Source: an uncultured Ruminococcus sp. (lineage in GTDB: Bacteria; Bacillota; Clostridia; Oscillospirales; CAG-272). From it: a stretch of 63,158 nucleotides of DNA. The notes under the pieces are model-generated. The model worked only from the letters and a program-made list of their open reading frames with translations, was not told the origin of the DNA and made no database searches. The stretch is from contig CAZUQN010000004.1 in NCBI GenBank assembly GCA_964622425.1, positions 1 through 63,158 of the forward strand, in the 5' to 3' direction. The translations under genes and the position numbers were made by a program. Shown here piece by piece: positions 42,902-52,900 of this stretch. Positions within the stretch are counted from its first letter, which is position 1. Every line of letters starts with the position of its first letter.

Positions 42902-45900
42902 ATGAACTTCAAAAAACTGATATCGCTTCTCCTTTGTCTTATTCTCACTCTCAGCTGTGTGCTTCCGCTCGTCAGCTGTGGAGGTAAGGATAACGGCGGG
43001 GATGATGACGATGGCAAGACACCCGGCGGCAGTGTCGTCGGAGGCGGTAACGGAGGCACCACGGAAAACGGTGAAACCGAATATACCGTCAAGGTAGTAA
43101 CCGTAGGAGGAATGCCTCTCGAGGGCGTTATGGTGTATATCCATAACGGAGAAGCATACAGCGTATGCACCGCACCTCAGGAGACCGACAAGGACGGTAT
43201 CGCAAAATTCAAGCTTAAGACGTCGAACGACTACTCCGTACAGATCGACGGCGCACCCAAGGGCTACAACGTAAAGGAAGGCCTTACCAAGGATGACAGA
43301 TATCCTCTCGTAGCGCCCGATACGCTCATCACCCTTTCCTCCGCACCTATCACGAGCGGCGGCTTCAAGAGCTCTTATGAGCTTGGTGACGTTATGTACG
43401 ACTTCACCCTCACTGACATCAACGGTGACACGTACAAGCTCTCCGAGATGCTCAAGAAGAAGGATATGGTAATGCTCAACTTCTGGTACGTAGGTTGCTC
43501 GAACTGCTACTATGAGTTCCCCTATATCAACAACGTATACAAGAATTACAAGGACGATATTGAGATCCTTGCGATCAACGACTATACGACCGATACCAAG
43601 CAGGACGTAATCGACTACCCCGAATATCTCGGCGAGGAGCTCGCAATGCCCCTCTTCAAGGTCGGCAACACCGAGAACGATCTCACACTCTCCAAGTTCC
43701 CGAGTGAGGGTTATCCCACCACCGTTATCATCGACAGATACGGCGTTATCTGTATGATCGAGGTCGGCGCGGTGCTCGGCGACTCCAAGTGGAAGAACGT
43801 ATTCGACCACTTCGTAGGCGATGACTACGAGCAGACTCTCATCACAGACAACTCTATCCTTAATCCTCAGCTCGAGCCCACCGTTAAGTGGGATGACGAT
43901 TCCGCTGAGGAAATCGCAAACGCGTTTAACAGCGGTGATATCACCGTAAGCTATCATCCCGAGACTAACGAGAAGGATGCTAAGTACGCTTGGCCCTTCA
44001 TCGTAGACACCTTTAACGGCGAGACGGTTGTACGTCCCTCCAACAACGGCGTTGATAACTCCTTCTCAATTCTTTACGCTGACGTTCAGCTCAAGCCCGG
44101 TCAGGCAATTATGTTCGACTGGTTTGCTTCGACTCAGAATAACGAGATGGGTACGGACGTGCTTTACATTCTCGTTGACGGTAAGGATATCTACTCCATA
44201 TCCGGTATCAGCGAGGACGGCTACGAGATCTGCTGTACCTACGTTGACCCCCGTCCCGTAACCGAGACCAACAAGGACGACGTCGCTACCTATGAGGTTG
44301 CTTTCGCGTACTATAAGGACACGGTTGAATCCGAGGGCGATGACACCGTATACCTCAAGAATCTCAGAGTCGTAGGCGTTGAGGACATTCCCGTTGAGAC
44401 CTACATCTTCCGCTATGCGGCAACAGATCTTAACGAGACAGGTGACGGCTACAATACCTACGTTACCGTATATCTCGGTACTGACGGCTACTATCACGTA
44501 GGCTCTGTGGACGGTCCTCTCCTTCTTGCAAATCACTTAAGCTACACTCAGTTTGACTCCGAAAAGACCGTATCCGAGAGAGTTTACGCTAACTACGAGC
44601 TCCTTGTATACGACGAGACCACAGGCGAGTACGTAAATAAGTTCCAGAACTGGGTAACCTACGGCAATGCCGCATCCAACTCCCAGATGTACTACTACAC
44701 CCCCATAACCGAGGAGCTTCGCGAGATGCTTATGGCATACTGCGAGGAGTACAGACGTGAGGTTGGTAAGTCTGCAAGCGAGAATCTCTGGCTCCAGCTC
44801 TGCGTTTACTATGACGCATACGGCGTGGACGAGGACGGAAATCCCGCAGAGCACCTTCCCGACCCGATCCAGGGTCTTACCTCCTTCTCCGCATTCGACG
44901 TGGAGATCACAAACGATAATCCTGTGTCTCAGGGCGACGTTGTCGCAAGCGCTGAGGTCACTTACAACAGAGTAATTATGCCCCGTGGCTACCTCTACAA
45001 GTTCGTTCCCACCAAGTCCGGCGTATACCGCATCACCTCTAAGAGTGAGCAGGAGGTAAACGGCTGGATCTTCACGGGTGACAACGATGAGTGGGTAAAG
45101 AACGAGGGTGACAGAACCATTCTTACAAGCGATGCTGTCGCAGAGCGTATAACCGACGATCTCCTTATTGAGAACGAGGACGGCACTATGGCCTTCGACC
45201 GTACCAACGTATCTCTCGTTGCGTACATGGAAGCAGGCGAGGCATACTACATCGACATCGCGTACTATGACGTATACGCAGTAGGTACCTTTACCTTTGA
45301 CGTTAAGTGGATCGGCGAAAGCTTTGGACACTTCATCCAGGCATCTCCCGGACCTATCACCTACATTGAGTCTATAAACGGCGGTATAGGTCAGCTTATC
45401 GCAGGCGGTATTGACGTCGACTTCAAGACTGTGGACGGCGTTGAATACGCATATCAGGTTCTCGAAAGAGACGAAAACGGAAACGTTACCAAGTGGGGCG
45501 AGAAGATCTACGCAGACTTCTACTATCCCACCACACTCTTCCCCTCGCAGTCCATCGAGGCACTCCTCAAGGCTAACGCCTTCAACTACACCATCACCGA
45601 GCTTGACAGAGAGGCTCTCATACTTCTCGACGGCATAAGAGTTAACGGTAAGGCAGCTCTCATCGATAAGTGGATCGAGGACAAGACCGTAGCCGACAAG
45701 GATGCGGCAGAAGCTAAGTGGGCAGAGCTCGGACTTGACGATATCGTTAAGGACGGACTTGACGGCACATATGACGGCACCTATACCGACGAGGCACTCG
45801 CACTCGCTGATTACGTAATCGCAGAGGGCACGTACGAGCTCAAGGCCGAGTGGGGCAAGGAGCTCCTCAGCAGCTACGTATGGGATCAGTACGAGATGGA

Positions 45901-46474
45901 TAGCGTTATCCGCGGAATCTTCAGCACTGACGAGATAAAGGCTGCAAAGCAGGCGGAACACCTCGAAAATGTAAACAATAACTTTACAGAAGCATGGAAT
46001 TACTATCAGATGGATGATGTCAAGCGCGGCATCTTCCACAACCACGATAACAGAACCGATAAGGATATGAAGGCTCTCGAGTACCTCGAGATCTACAACG
46101 CAGACGGCAAGGAAACTCTTAAGGCTTACTGGGATTCCGAGTTCAGCTCTATCCTTCCCGGTGAGGAAGATAACGGGGACGATATTTCCGAGTGGAGATA
46201 CAATTACTTCTGGAATTATTATAAGATGGATGACGTTATCGCAGGTATCTATCACGGCAAGGTCGCTGACTACACCGATGAGATGCTCGCGTACGCCACG
46301 AAAATGGAAAATGACGTTACTAATAATCCCGAGCGTCAGGGCTGTGTTGCAGTAACAAGAGAGCTCGCTGAGATTCTCGATACCCTCATCGCAAGAGAGG
46401 TGTTCGAGGACGTACAGAACGGTTGGCTCAAGTTCTGCTTCTACTACGACCTTCTCGGCCAGAGTGCTGAGTAA
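42902..46474 (+). CDS. Large lipoprotein (1190 aa): CarboxypepD_reg-like domain, TlpA/redoxin-like thioredoxin domain (CSNC), PPC-like domain and novel C-terminal repeats
   Basis: Lipobox LVSC. YTVKVVTVGGMPLEGVMVYIH...TDKDGIAKFKL. Redoxin region FTLTDINGDTYKLSEMLKKKDMVMLNFWYVGCSNCYYEFPYI. Three WxYYxMDDVxxGI[FY]H repeats near the C-terminus. Confidence 0.88.
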   Translation: MNFKKLISLLLCLILTLSCVLPLVSCGGKDNGGDDDDGKTPGGSVVGGGNGGTTENGETEYTVKVVTVGGMPLEGVMVYIHNGEAYSVCTAPQETDKDGIAKFKLKTSNDYSVQIDGAPKGYNVKEGLTKDDRYPLVAPDTLITLSSAPITSGGFKSSYELGDVMYDFTLTDINGDTYKLSEMLKKKDMVMLNFWYVGCSNCYYEFPYINNVYKNYKDDIEILAINDYTTDTKQDVIDYPEYLGEELAMPLFKVGNTENDLTLSKFPSEGYPTTVIIDRYGVICMIEVGAVLGDSKWKNVFDHFVGDDYEQTLITDNSILNPQLEPTVKWDDDSAEEIANAFNSGDITVSYHPETNEKDAKYAWPFIVDTFNGETVVRPSNNGVDNSFSILYADVQLKPGQAIMFDWFASTQNNEMGTDVLYILVDGKDIYSISGISEDGYEICCTYVDPRPVTETNKDDVATYEVAFAYYKDTVESEGDDTVYLKNLRVVGVEDIPVETYIFRYAATDLNETGDGYNTYVTVYLGTDGYYHVGSVDGPLLLANHLSYTQFDSEKTVSERVYANYELLVYDETTGEYVNKFQNWVTYGNAASNSQMYYYTPITEELREMLMAYCEEYRREVGKSASENLWLQLCVYYDAYGVDEDGNPAEHLPDPIQGLTSFSAFDVEITNDNPVSQGDVVASAEVTYNRVIMPRGYLYKFVPTKSGVYRITSKSEQEVNGWIFTGDNDEWVKNEGDRTILTSDAVAERITDDLLIENEDGTMAFDRTNVSLVAYMEAGEAYYIDIAYYDVYAVGTFTFDVKWIGESFGHFIQASPGPITYIESINGGIGQLIAGGIDVDFKTVDGVEYAYQVLERDENGNVTKWGEKIYADFYYPTTLFPSQSIEALLKANAFNYTITELDREALILLDGIRVNGKAALIDKWIEDKTVADKDAAEAKWAELGLDDIVKDGLDGTYDGTYTDEALALADYVIAEGTYELKAEWGKELLSSYVWDQYEMDSVIRGIFSTDEIKAAKQAEHLENVNNNFTEAWNYYQMDDVKRGIFHNHDNRTDKDMKALEYLEIYNADGKETLKAYWDSEFSSILPGEEDNGDDISEWRYNYFWNYYKMDDVIAGIYHGKVADYTDEMLAYATKMENDVTNNPERQGCVAVTRELAEILDTLIAREVFEDVQNGWLKFCFYYDLLGQSAE

Positions 46475-46487
46475 TAAGGAGGACTAT

Positions 46488-47168
46488 ATGACCTTTAAGA
46501 AATTTCTTTCACTCATTCTCGTATGCTTTATGCTTATGTCGGTGCTTTCACTCACCGCTTGCGGCGGCAACGATGACAACAACGACGAAAACAGCAATGA
46601 AGGTGGCGAGAACAACACCACCACCGACAAGACCTATTCTGTTACCGTTCTTGACGGGGATAACAACCCCGTCGAGGGCGTAAAGCTGGTTATCACAGAC
46701 GGTACGAACTTCCCCACCGCAACAACCGATGCAAGCGGTAAGGCGAGCGCTCAGCTTCCCGAGGGAACGATCAGCGTGATGATCACCACCGTTCCTGACG
46801 GCTATCTCAAGCCTGAGAAGGTGTCCGGCGTATACCACGGCGTATTTGCAAGCGGCTCGACCGAGCTTACCATCACACTTGAGAAGGAAGCGAGCAATAC
46901 CGTAGCCTACACCGTAAAGGTTATCGACCAGAACGGTGATGCTGTTGTTGGCATCGAGGTTCAGCTCTGCTATGACGGAATTTGTCTTGCGGCAATCGCA
47001 ACAGATGAAAACGGTGAGATGAGCAAGGATCTTGCTCCCGGCAAGACCGTTGACGTAAAGCTCTACGACCTTACCGGTTATACCCTTCCCGAAGCAAATG
47101 ATAGCGGATATCACGCTGTTATCGCTGAAGGCGAGACCGAAATAACCGTTACTATCACCAAAAACTAA
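46488..47168 (+). CDS. Lipoprotein (226 aa) with two CarboxypepD_reg-like (prealbumin-fold) domains
   Basis: Start at ATG 46488 (MTFKKFLSLILVCFMLMSVLSLTAC) with an AAGGAGG RBS. YSVTVLDGDNNPVEGVKLVITDG...TDASGKA and YTVKVIDQNGDAVVGIEVQL...TDENGEM. Confidence 0.85.
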   Translation: MTFKKFLSLILVCFMLMSVLSLTACGGNDDNNDENSNEGGENNTTTDKTYSVTVLDGDNNPVEGVKLVITDGTNFPTATTDASGKASAQLPEGTISVMITTVPDGYLKPEKVSGVYHGVFASGSTELTITLEKEASNTVAYTVKVIDQNGDAVVGIEVQLCYDGICLAAIATDENGEMSKDLAPGKTVDVKLYDLTGYTLPEANDSGYHAVIAEGETEITVTITKN

Positions 47169-47179
47169 AAAAAAATTTA

Positions 47180-47215
47180 GCGCCCCGAGGACGATGCCTC
47201 CGGGCGCTTTTTTTA
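47180..47215. terminator. Bidirectional terminator between convergent genes
   Basis: GCGCCCCGAGG / CCTCCGGGCGC stem (one mismatch), with an A-run before it and a T-run after it. Confidence 0.75.
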
Positions 47216-47267
47216 TTATGATAAGATGAATTTTAAGAAATATGATCCGATAGGTTTGTATCGGTTT

Positions 47268-48818
47268 TTACTGTGCGTTTGACATAGCCGCCATAACGAG
47301 AACGAGCAGAGTGTCGTAGTCAAGCTCTGTCTGCTGAAGCGAGAATATCTCGCCGTTTGGATCAACTATAATCGTAATAGGATATGTTCCCGTACCGCCG
47401 AGAGTGGTATAAAGATATTCGCCCGAGGTGGTATCTCCGTCCTTTATAAGACGGTCAACGCCAAAGAGAATCTTGCTCTCCTCGAAGTTCTGCTCGATAT
47501 ACTCGTCGGACTCCTCCATCTGATCGAAGGTATGTATCGCGATAACGTCAACCTCACCGTCGAAGTCGGTTGCTATCTGATCAAAATAAGGAAGCTCCTT
47601 GATACAACCGGGGCACCAAACACCCCAGAAATTGATGATGGTAACCTTGCCCTTGTTATCCGTGGGATTAAAGCTCTCGGTGTATTCTCCCTCGCCGTTG
47701 TAGATGGGAATATCGAGGCTCGGACACACGTCGCCCTCACCGTAGATCTTGAGCGCGTCATCAATAGGTTTATCGATGAAATTGTAGTAAACAAGTGCAC
47801 TTACAAGAAGCGACACCATAAGAACTGCGGCAACAATTTTTGTAATTAAGCGGCGTTTTGCTAACTTTTGATTACTTTTTGCAGTGTTTTCAAGACACGT
47901 CTCGCGTTCCTCATCGGACATATCCGAGGTCACGGGTGCGATCTCGTCGGGAGGAAGAATAACCTTTCCGCCGCGCCAGGAAATAGCCTTTGTGGGGCAT
48001 ACGCCGACACACTCACCGCAGTTGATACACTCGTGGTCACCGACCTCGCGTATATCCATTTTACACTTTGAAATACAGAGTCCGCAATCGATGCACTTCG
48101 GCTTCTCAAGCTTGATGCCGAGAATGGCAAACTTATTGAAAAGGCCGTAAAGAGCGCCGAGGGGACAGATGAATCTACAGAACACTCTGAAGATAAATAC
48201 AGAGCCAACGATTACGCTGACTGCGAGCGCAAACTTCCAGGTAAAGAGCGGACCGAGTCTTGCAAGCTCGCCCTCATTTACCTTGTTTGAGAGCAGACCA
48301 AAGGCTCCTTCAATGGTACCCGCGGGACAAACGTATTTGCAGAAGCCGGGGAGCGGCACGTTGCGCAGACCGTAAAGCACGGGGACAATAACAACTAAGA
48401 ATACGAGAAGCACATACTTGAAGTAGGAGAGTATTCTCGTGAAGCGGTTTTTCTTGAGCTTCGGAGTCTTTATCTTGTAAAGAAGCTCCTGAATAAGTCC
48501 GAAGGGACAAAGGAAGCCGCAGATAAGTCTGCCAAGAAGGATACTGTAAAGAAGGATAATACCGACAACGTAGTACGGTGTCCTTTTCTCGGACGCGCCG
48601 AGCGCATTCTGAAGCGAGCCGAGAGGACAAGCTCCCGACGCTCCCGGACAGGAATAACAGTTAAGTCCGGGGGTGCATATGTTTTTAAGCGGGCCCTGAT
48701 ATATCTTTCCGTTAGCGAAGCCCTTCAGATTGGCGTTAAACAGCAACGCCGAATAGAGCTGAATGAGCTTACGCTTAGTGGGCACAAGGCTCTTAAGTTT
48801 AGTTACAAATTTACTCAT
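47268..48818 (-). CDS. NapH-like membrane polyferredoxin (2x 4Fe-4S) fused to an extracytoplasmic TlpA-like thioredoxin domain
   Basis: Membrane Cys motifs CYSCPGASGACPLG, CGFLCPFG, CKYVCPAG and CRFICPLG. Ferredoxin motifs CIDCGLCISKC and CINCGECVGVCP. A further TM helix, then INFWGVWCPGCIKELPYF. Confidence 0.88.
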   Translation of the reverse strand: MSKFVTKLKSLVPTKRKLIQLYSALLFNANLKGFANGKIYQGPLKNICTPGLNCYSCPGASGACPLGSLQNALGASEKRTPYYVVGIILLYSILLGRLICGFLCPFGLIQELLYKIKTPKLKKNRFTRILSYFKYVLLVFLVVIVPVLYGLRNVPLPGFCKYVCPAGTIEGAFGLLSNKVNEGELARLGPLFTWKFALAVSVIVGSVFIFRVFCRFICPLGALYGLFNKFAILGIKLEKPKCIDCGLCISKCKMDIREVGDHECINCGECVGVCPTKAISWRGGKVILPPDEIAPVTSDMSDEERETCLENTAKSNQKLAKRRLITKIVAAVLMVSLLVSALVYYNFIDKPIDDALKIYGEGDVCPSLDIPIYNGEGEYTESFNPTDNKGKVTIINFWGVWCPGCIKELPYFDQIATDFDGEVDVIAIHTFDQMEESDEYIEQNFEESKILFGVDRLIKDGDTTSGEYLYTTLGGTGTYPITIIVDPNGEIFSLQQTELDYDTLLVLVMAAMSNAQ

Positions 48819-48822
48819 ATCT

Positions 48823-49650
48823 TTATCCTAAGCCTATACATTCGGTGCAAATTTTGATCGCCTTGTTAAGCACGTCTACCATACCGCCGTTGACAATTCC
48901 CATAACAATGAAAACAACCGCGCATCCAACGAGAGCAATTCTGACTCCGAGGATTATCGGCTTCTCGTTTTTCTTAAGGTAATCCGCCGCTTTGCATATC
49001 ACACAGCTATGCGAGCTCTCCTGAGTCTCACAGATTCCCGAGGACGCGAGAGCCTCCTTCAAGAGCGTGTGCTCTCTTTTAAGCGAGAGGTCGCGAAGGA
49101 TAACGTAAACCACCTCAAAAACGAACAAAGGAGCCAAAAATGCGAGGTATACCAGCATACCGTGTAAAATTTCGGCGTTATATTCGCCGCTCACCGCGGG
49201 GAAGTTGGCGGGGTTGAGAAGGAAGATAAGAGGAAGGGTCGCGCTGAGAGCGATAAGGGGGAGTCTGACGTATCCGAGGATACGGCGCAGCTTTCTTTCC
49301 TTCCCTATTTTTTCTGCGAGCTCTGCGTTTGCGCTTGCGAGGTCTACCCTTTCGGAAAGCTTCTTAACAAGTGTGGAGAGTGAGCGCGAGCCCTTAAGCT
49401 TCTCCCCTTCGATAGGCAAGGCAATCGATATACCGACGCCGACGATAACAAGAGAGACTGTGATATACACCCACACCGCAATTTTCGAAAACGCCAGAGC
49501 TATGCTCTCTCTTGTAAACGGGCTCTGCCCGCTCTTGTAAATCGAATAGCAGGAGGTTATAAACAGGATACCCACGAGCACGAGCATAGCCGACAGGAGT
49601 ATGCCAAAGCCGAGGTGTATCCGCTTTTTGCTTTTTTCGGTCAGTTTCAC
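48823..49650 (-). CDS. Polytopic membrane protein ending in a CD1871A-like CXXC module
   Basis: Several hydrophobic helices. The C-terminus ...MGIVNGGMVDVLNKAIKICTECIGLG resembles, from memory, the small CD1871A-family CXXC proteins usually found next to such polyferredoxins. 4-nt gap to the downstream gene. Confidence 0.75.
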   Translation of the reverse strand: MKLTEKSKKRIHLGFGILLSAMLVLVGILFITSCYSIYKSGQSPFTRESIALAFSKIAVWVYITVSLVIVGVGISIALPIEGEKLKGSRSLSTLVKKLSERVDLASANAELAEKIGKERKLRRILGYVRLPLIALSATLPLIFLLNPANFPAVSGEYNAEILHGMLVYLAFLAPLFVFEVVYVILRDLSLKREHTLLKEALASSGICETQESSHSCVICKAADYLKKNEKPIILGVRIALVGCAVVFIVMGIVNGGMVDVLNKAIKICTECIGLG

Positions 49651-49856
49651 TTTTGATTTCCTTTCAAGTGAATTTAATTGTCAAACATTAGTATATCACA
49701 ACGAAAATTGAAAGTCAATAGACTGCATTGCGTTACGGTGATGTATAGAATGTTATTATAATTGTATACAATCAACAAATAACGACATTGGAATTTTATC
49801 TTTTTCTACATATTAACATTTATTTAGATTTATATTTTAAATTAATGTGAACTATA

Positions 49857-49885
49857 TTGAAATTTTGTTTGCGATGTGATAAAAT
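49857..49885 (+). promoter_or_regulatory. Promoter of the giant protease / peptide-transporter operon
   Basis: TTGAAA, 17-nt spacer, TAAAAT with an extended -10 TG. Confidence 0.5.
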
Positions 49886-49954
49886 AGTTAAGCGCGTTTT
49901 TACGTACGCGTGTATACATATGCAGATTAATAAAAGAAAGGCAAAACCGAAAAA

Positions 49955-52900
49955 ATGAAGAAGAAAACGCTCACAAGGGTTTCATCAAGAATCCTGATGG
50001 CTCTTCTTGCGGTGGCTATGGTATTCACCTTTGCCGCTTCTACCCTCGGGACTACGGTCGCGGCGGACAGTAGCGTGTTTAAGAAGAATGATTCCATATA
50101 CACCGATTACAAGAGCTATCTTGACGGCTCGGTGGTCCAGGCTTTACCTGCCACGGTCGACAAGAATGAAACCATCTCGGTGATAGTCAAGCTTGACACA
50201 CCGACTCTTATGGATGCGTACAACAAGACGGACAAGGCAATGTCCTTCGGTGAGTACGTAATGACAGAAGAGGCACAGAAGATCAAAGCCGATATTCAGG
50301 CCGAAAAGGAGGAATACCTCATCGCTCTTACAAGAAGCGGTATTCCCTACGAGGTAGGCTGTGATTACGCGAATATCCTCGCGGGCTTTGAGGTGCTCTA
50401 CACTGCAAAGAATTTTGAAAACGCCTGCAAGTATCTCCCCACCGACGCGACAGCGATCGTAGGTGAGGTGTACAACGTGGCAGAAACCCAGCTCGTCGAG
50501 AATAAGATCGACGTATACGAGGAGACCGGAATCTTCGATAGCTCGGATTTCACCATTAACGGCGAAAAGTATTCGGGTAGCGGTATGGTAGTTGCGGTCC
50601 TTGACACGGGACTTGACTACACCCACCCCGCATTTGACCCCGCAAGACTCAACTCGAACAGACTCGGTCTTACCAAGAGCGAGGTTGAGAGCCACGTAGC
50701 TAACACCGTGGCGGCATCGAGAGTCCCCGGTCTTACCGCTGACGACGTCTACATAAACGAGAAGGTTCCCTTCGCGTTCGACTACGCGGACAACGACTCC
50801 GACGTGTACTCGCTCCACAATAACCACGGTACTCACGTATCCGGCGTTATCGTAGGTCACGACGACACCATCATCGGCGTTGCACCCGACGCTCAGCTCG
50901 TATCGATGAAGATATTCTCCGACGTTCAGGATTCCGCAAGAGCCTCCTGGATTCTCGCGGCTCTGGAGGACTGCGTTGAGCTCGGCGTTGACGTAATCAA
51001 CATGTCGCTCGGTACCGCCTGCGGCTTCAGCCGTGAGACGGACGAGGAGCAGATGTCCGGCGTATACGACGATATAAGAGCTCTCGGTATCAGCCTTGTA
51101 GTTGCAGCTTCCAACAGCTTCAACTCGGCATACGGCTCGGAGAAGAACGGTAACCTCGGTCTTACCTCAAATCCCGATACCTCGACGGTAGGCTCTCCCT
51201 CCACCTATGACGGTGCGCTTTCCGTTGCATCCATCAACGGTGTAAAGACTCCCTACATCCTTGACTCCAAGGGTACTATCATCTATTTTGTTGAATCCTC
51301 GGACAGCGCAGGCGAGGAGAAGCACTTCTTCGACGAGCTGCTCGGAACCGAGCTTAGCGAGACAGAGCTCGAATACGTGCTCATCCCCGGTGTAGGTAAC
51401 CCCTCCGACTACGACGGCATCGACGTTAATGGCAAAATAGCCCTCGTGCGCAGAGGCTCCAACACCTTCGAGGAAAAGGCAAAGGCCGCAGAGGCCGCAG
51501 GCGCGAAGGCGCTTATCGTATATAACAACACCTCGGGTGACATCAGAATGAACGTGGGAATCGTGTCTATCCCCGTCTGCTCTGTCAGCCAGGACGACGG
51601 TGAGATGCTCGCCGCCGCAAAGAACGGTACACTCAAGATCAGCAAGTCGCAGACCTCCGGTCCCTTCATGTCCGACTTCTCCTCCTGGGGTCCCTCTCCC
51701 TCCCTCCAGATCAAGCCCGAGATCACCGCACACGGCGGTAACATTCTCTCAGCTGTAACCGGTCACGGCTACGACAGACTTTCCGGTACGTCGATGGCTT
51801 GTCCCAATATGGCGGGCGCGATCGCGCTTATGCGTCAGTACGTTATCACCAATTTCGAGTCGAAGATCAAGAACGAGAGCGGTGTTATCGACTACGTGGA
51901 GGTAAACTCCATTGTAAACAGACTTCTTATGTCCACTGCGGACATAGTCAATAATAAAAACGGTCTGCCCTACGCGGTAAGAAAGCAGGGCGCGGGTCTT
52001 GCCAACCTCGGCGATGCTATCACTACCGGCGCATACGTGCTCACGTATGACAGGCTCGATGGCTCGGTAATGGATAAATCCAAGATCGAGCTCGGCGACG
52101 ACCCGAACAAAACGGGTGTATATACTCTTAAGTTCACGATAGACAATTTCGGTAAATCTGCACTTTCATACGATATATCAGCAAACGTTATGACCGAGGG
52201 TGTCAGCGAGACACCCACCTATCAGGGCGAAACCGTTGTTTCCGAGGAGGGCTATCTTCTCTCGGGCGCGCGTGTCGAGATCACCTCCACCAAGGGCGGA
52301 GCGATCAGTGGCAACACCGTGACCGTAGAGGCAGGAGCAAAGTGCGACGTCGTTATCACCATTACTCTCGGTGAGGACGATAAGGCGTACCTCGATTCTT
52401 CCTTCGAAAACGGTATGTACATAGAGGGCTTTGTAACCCTCACAGCCAAGGACGAGGGCTCTACCGACCTGAACGTACCTTACCTTGCCTTCTATGGCAA
52501 CTGGTATCAGGCGCCCCTCTTTGACCTTGACTACTTCGAGACCAACGCGGACGAGCTTGACGACTCTCTCGCAACTCTCGATAAGACTCTTCCCGACGCT
52601 TACGCTACACGTCCCATCGGCGGTATCTCCGGTGACTACGTAAGCTATCTCGGCTCCTACTACTTCTTACAGAATCCCAAGAACAAGATAATCTCCGCAT
52701 CTAGAGACTATATCGCGCTTTCCAACAATGACGGAACGATCCGCTCGCTCCGCTTCGTATGGGGAGGTATGCTCCGTAACTCGGAGAGAATAGTCATCAC
52801 GATAACCGACGATGCGACGGGCGAGGTTATTTTTGAGAAGGTGGAAACGTCCATCCGTAAGTCCTACGGTGACGGCGGCTCCTACATCTACCCCGCAAAT

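Noticed and set aside
44537-46255. 572-aa minus-strand ORF (and 42866-43957, 363 aa) opposite the 1190-aa lipoprotein gene.
   Set aside because: Shadow ORFs. The + strand gene has a promoter, RBS, lipobox and thioredoxin-fold motifs; the antisense translations are V/G/L-rich with no motifs.
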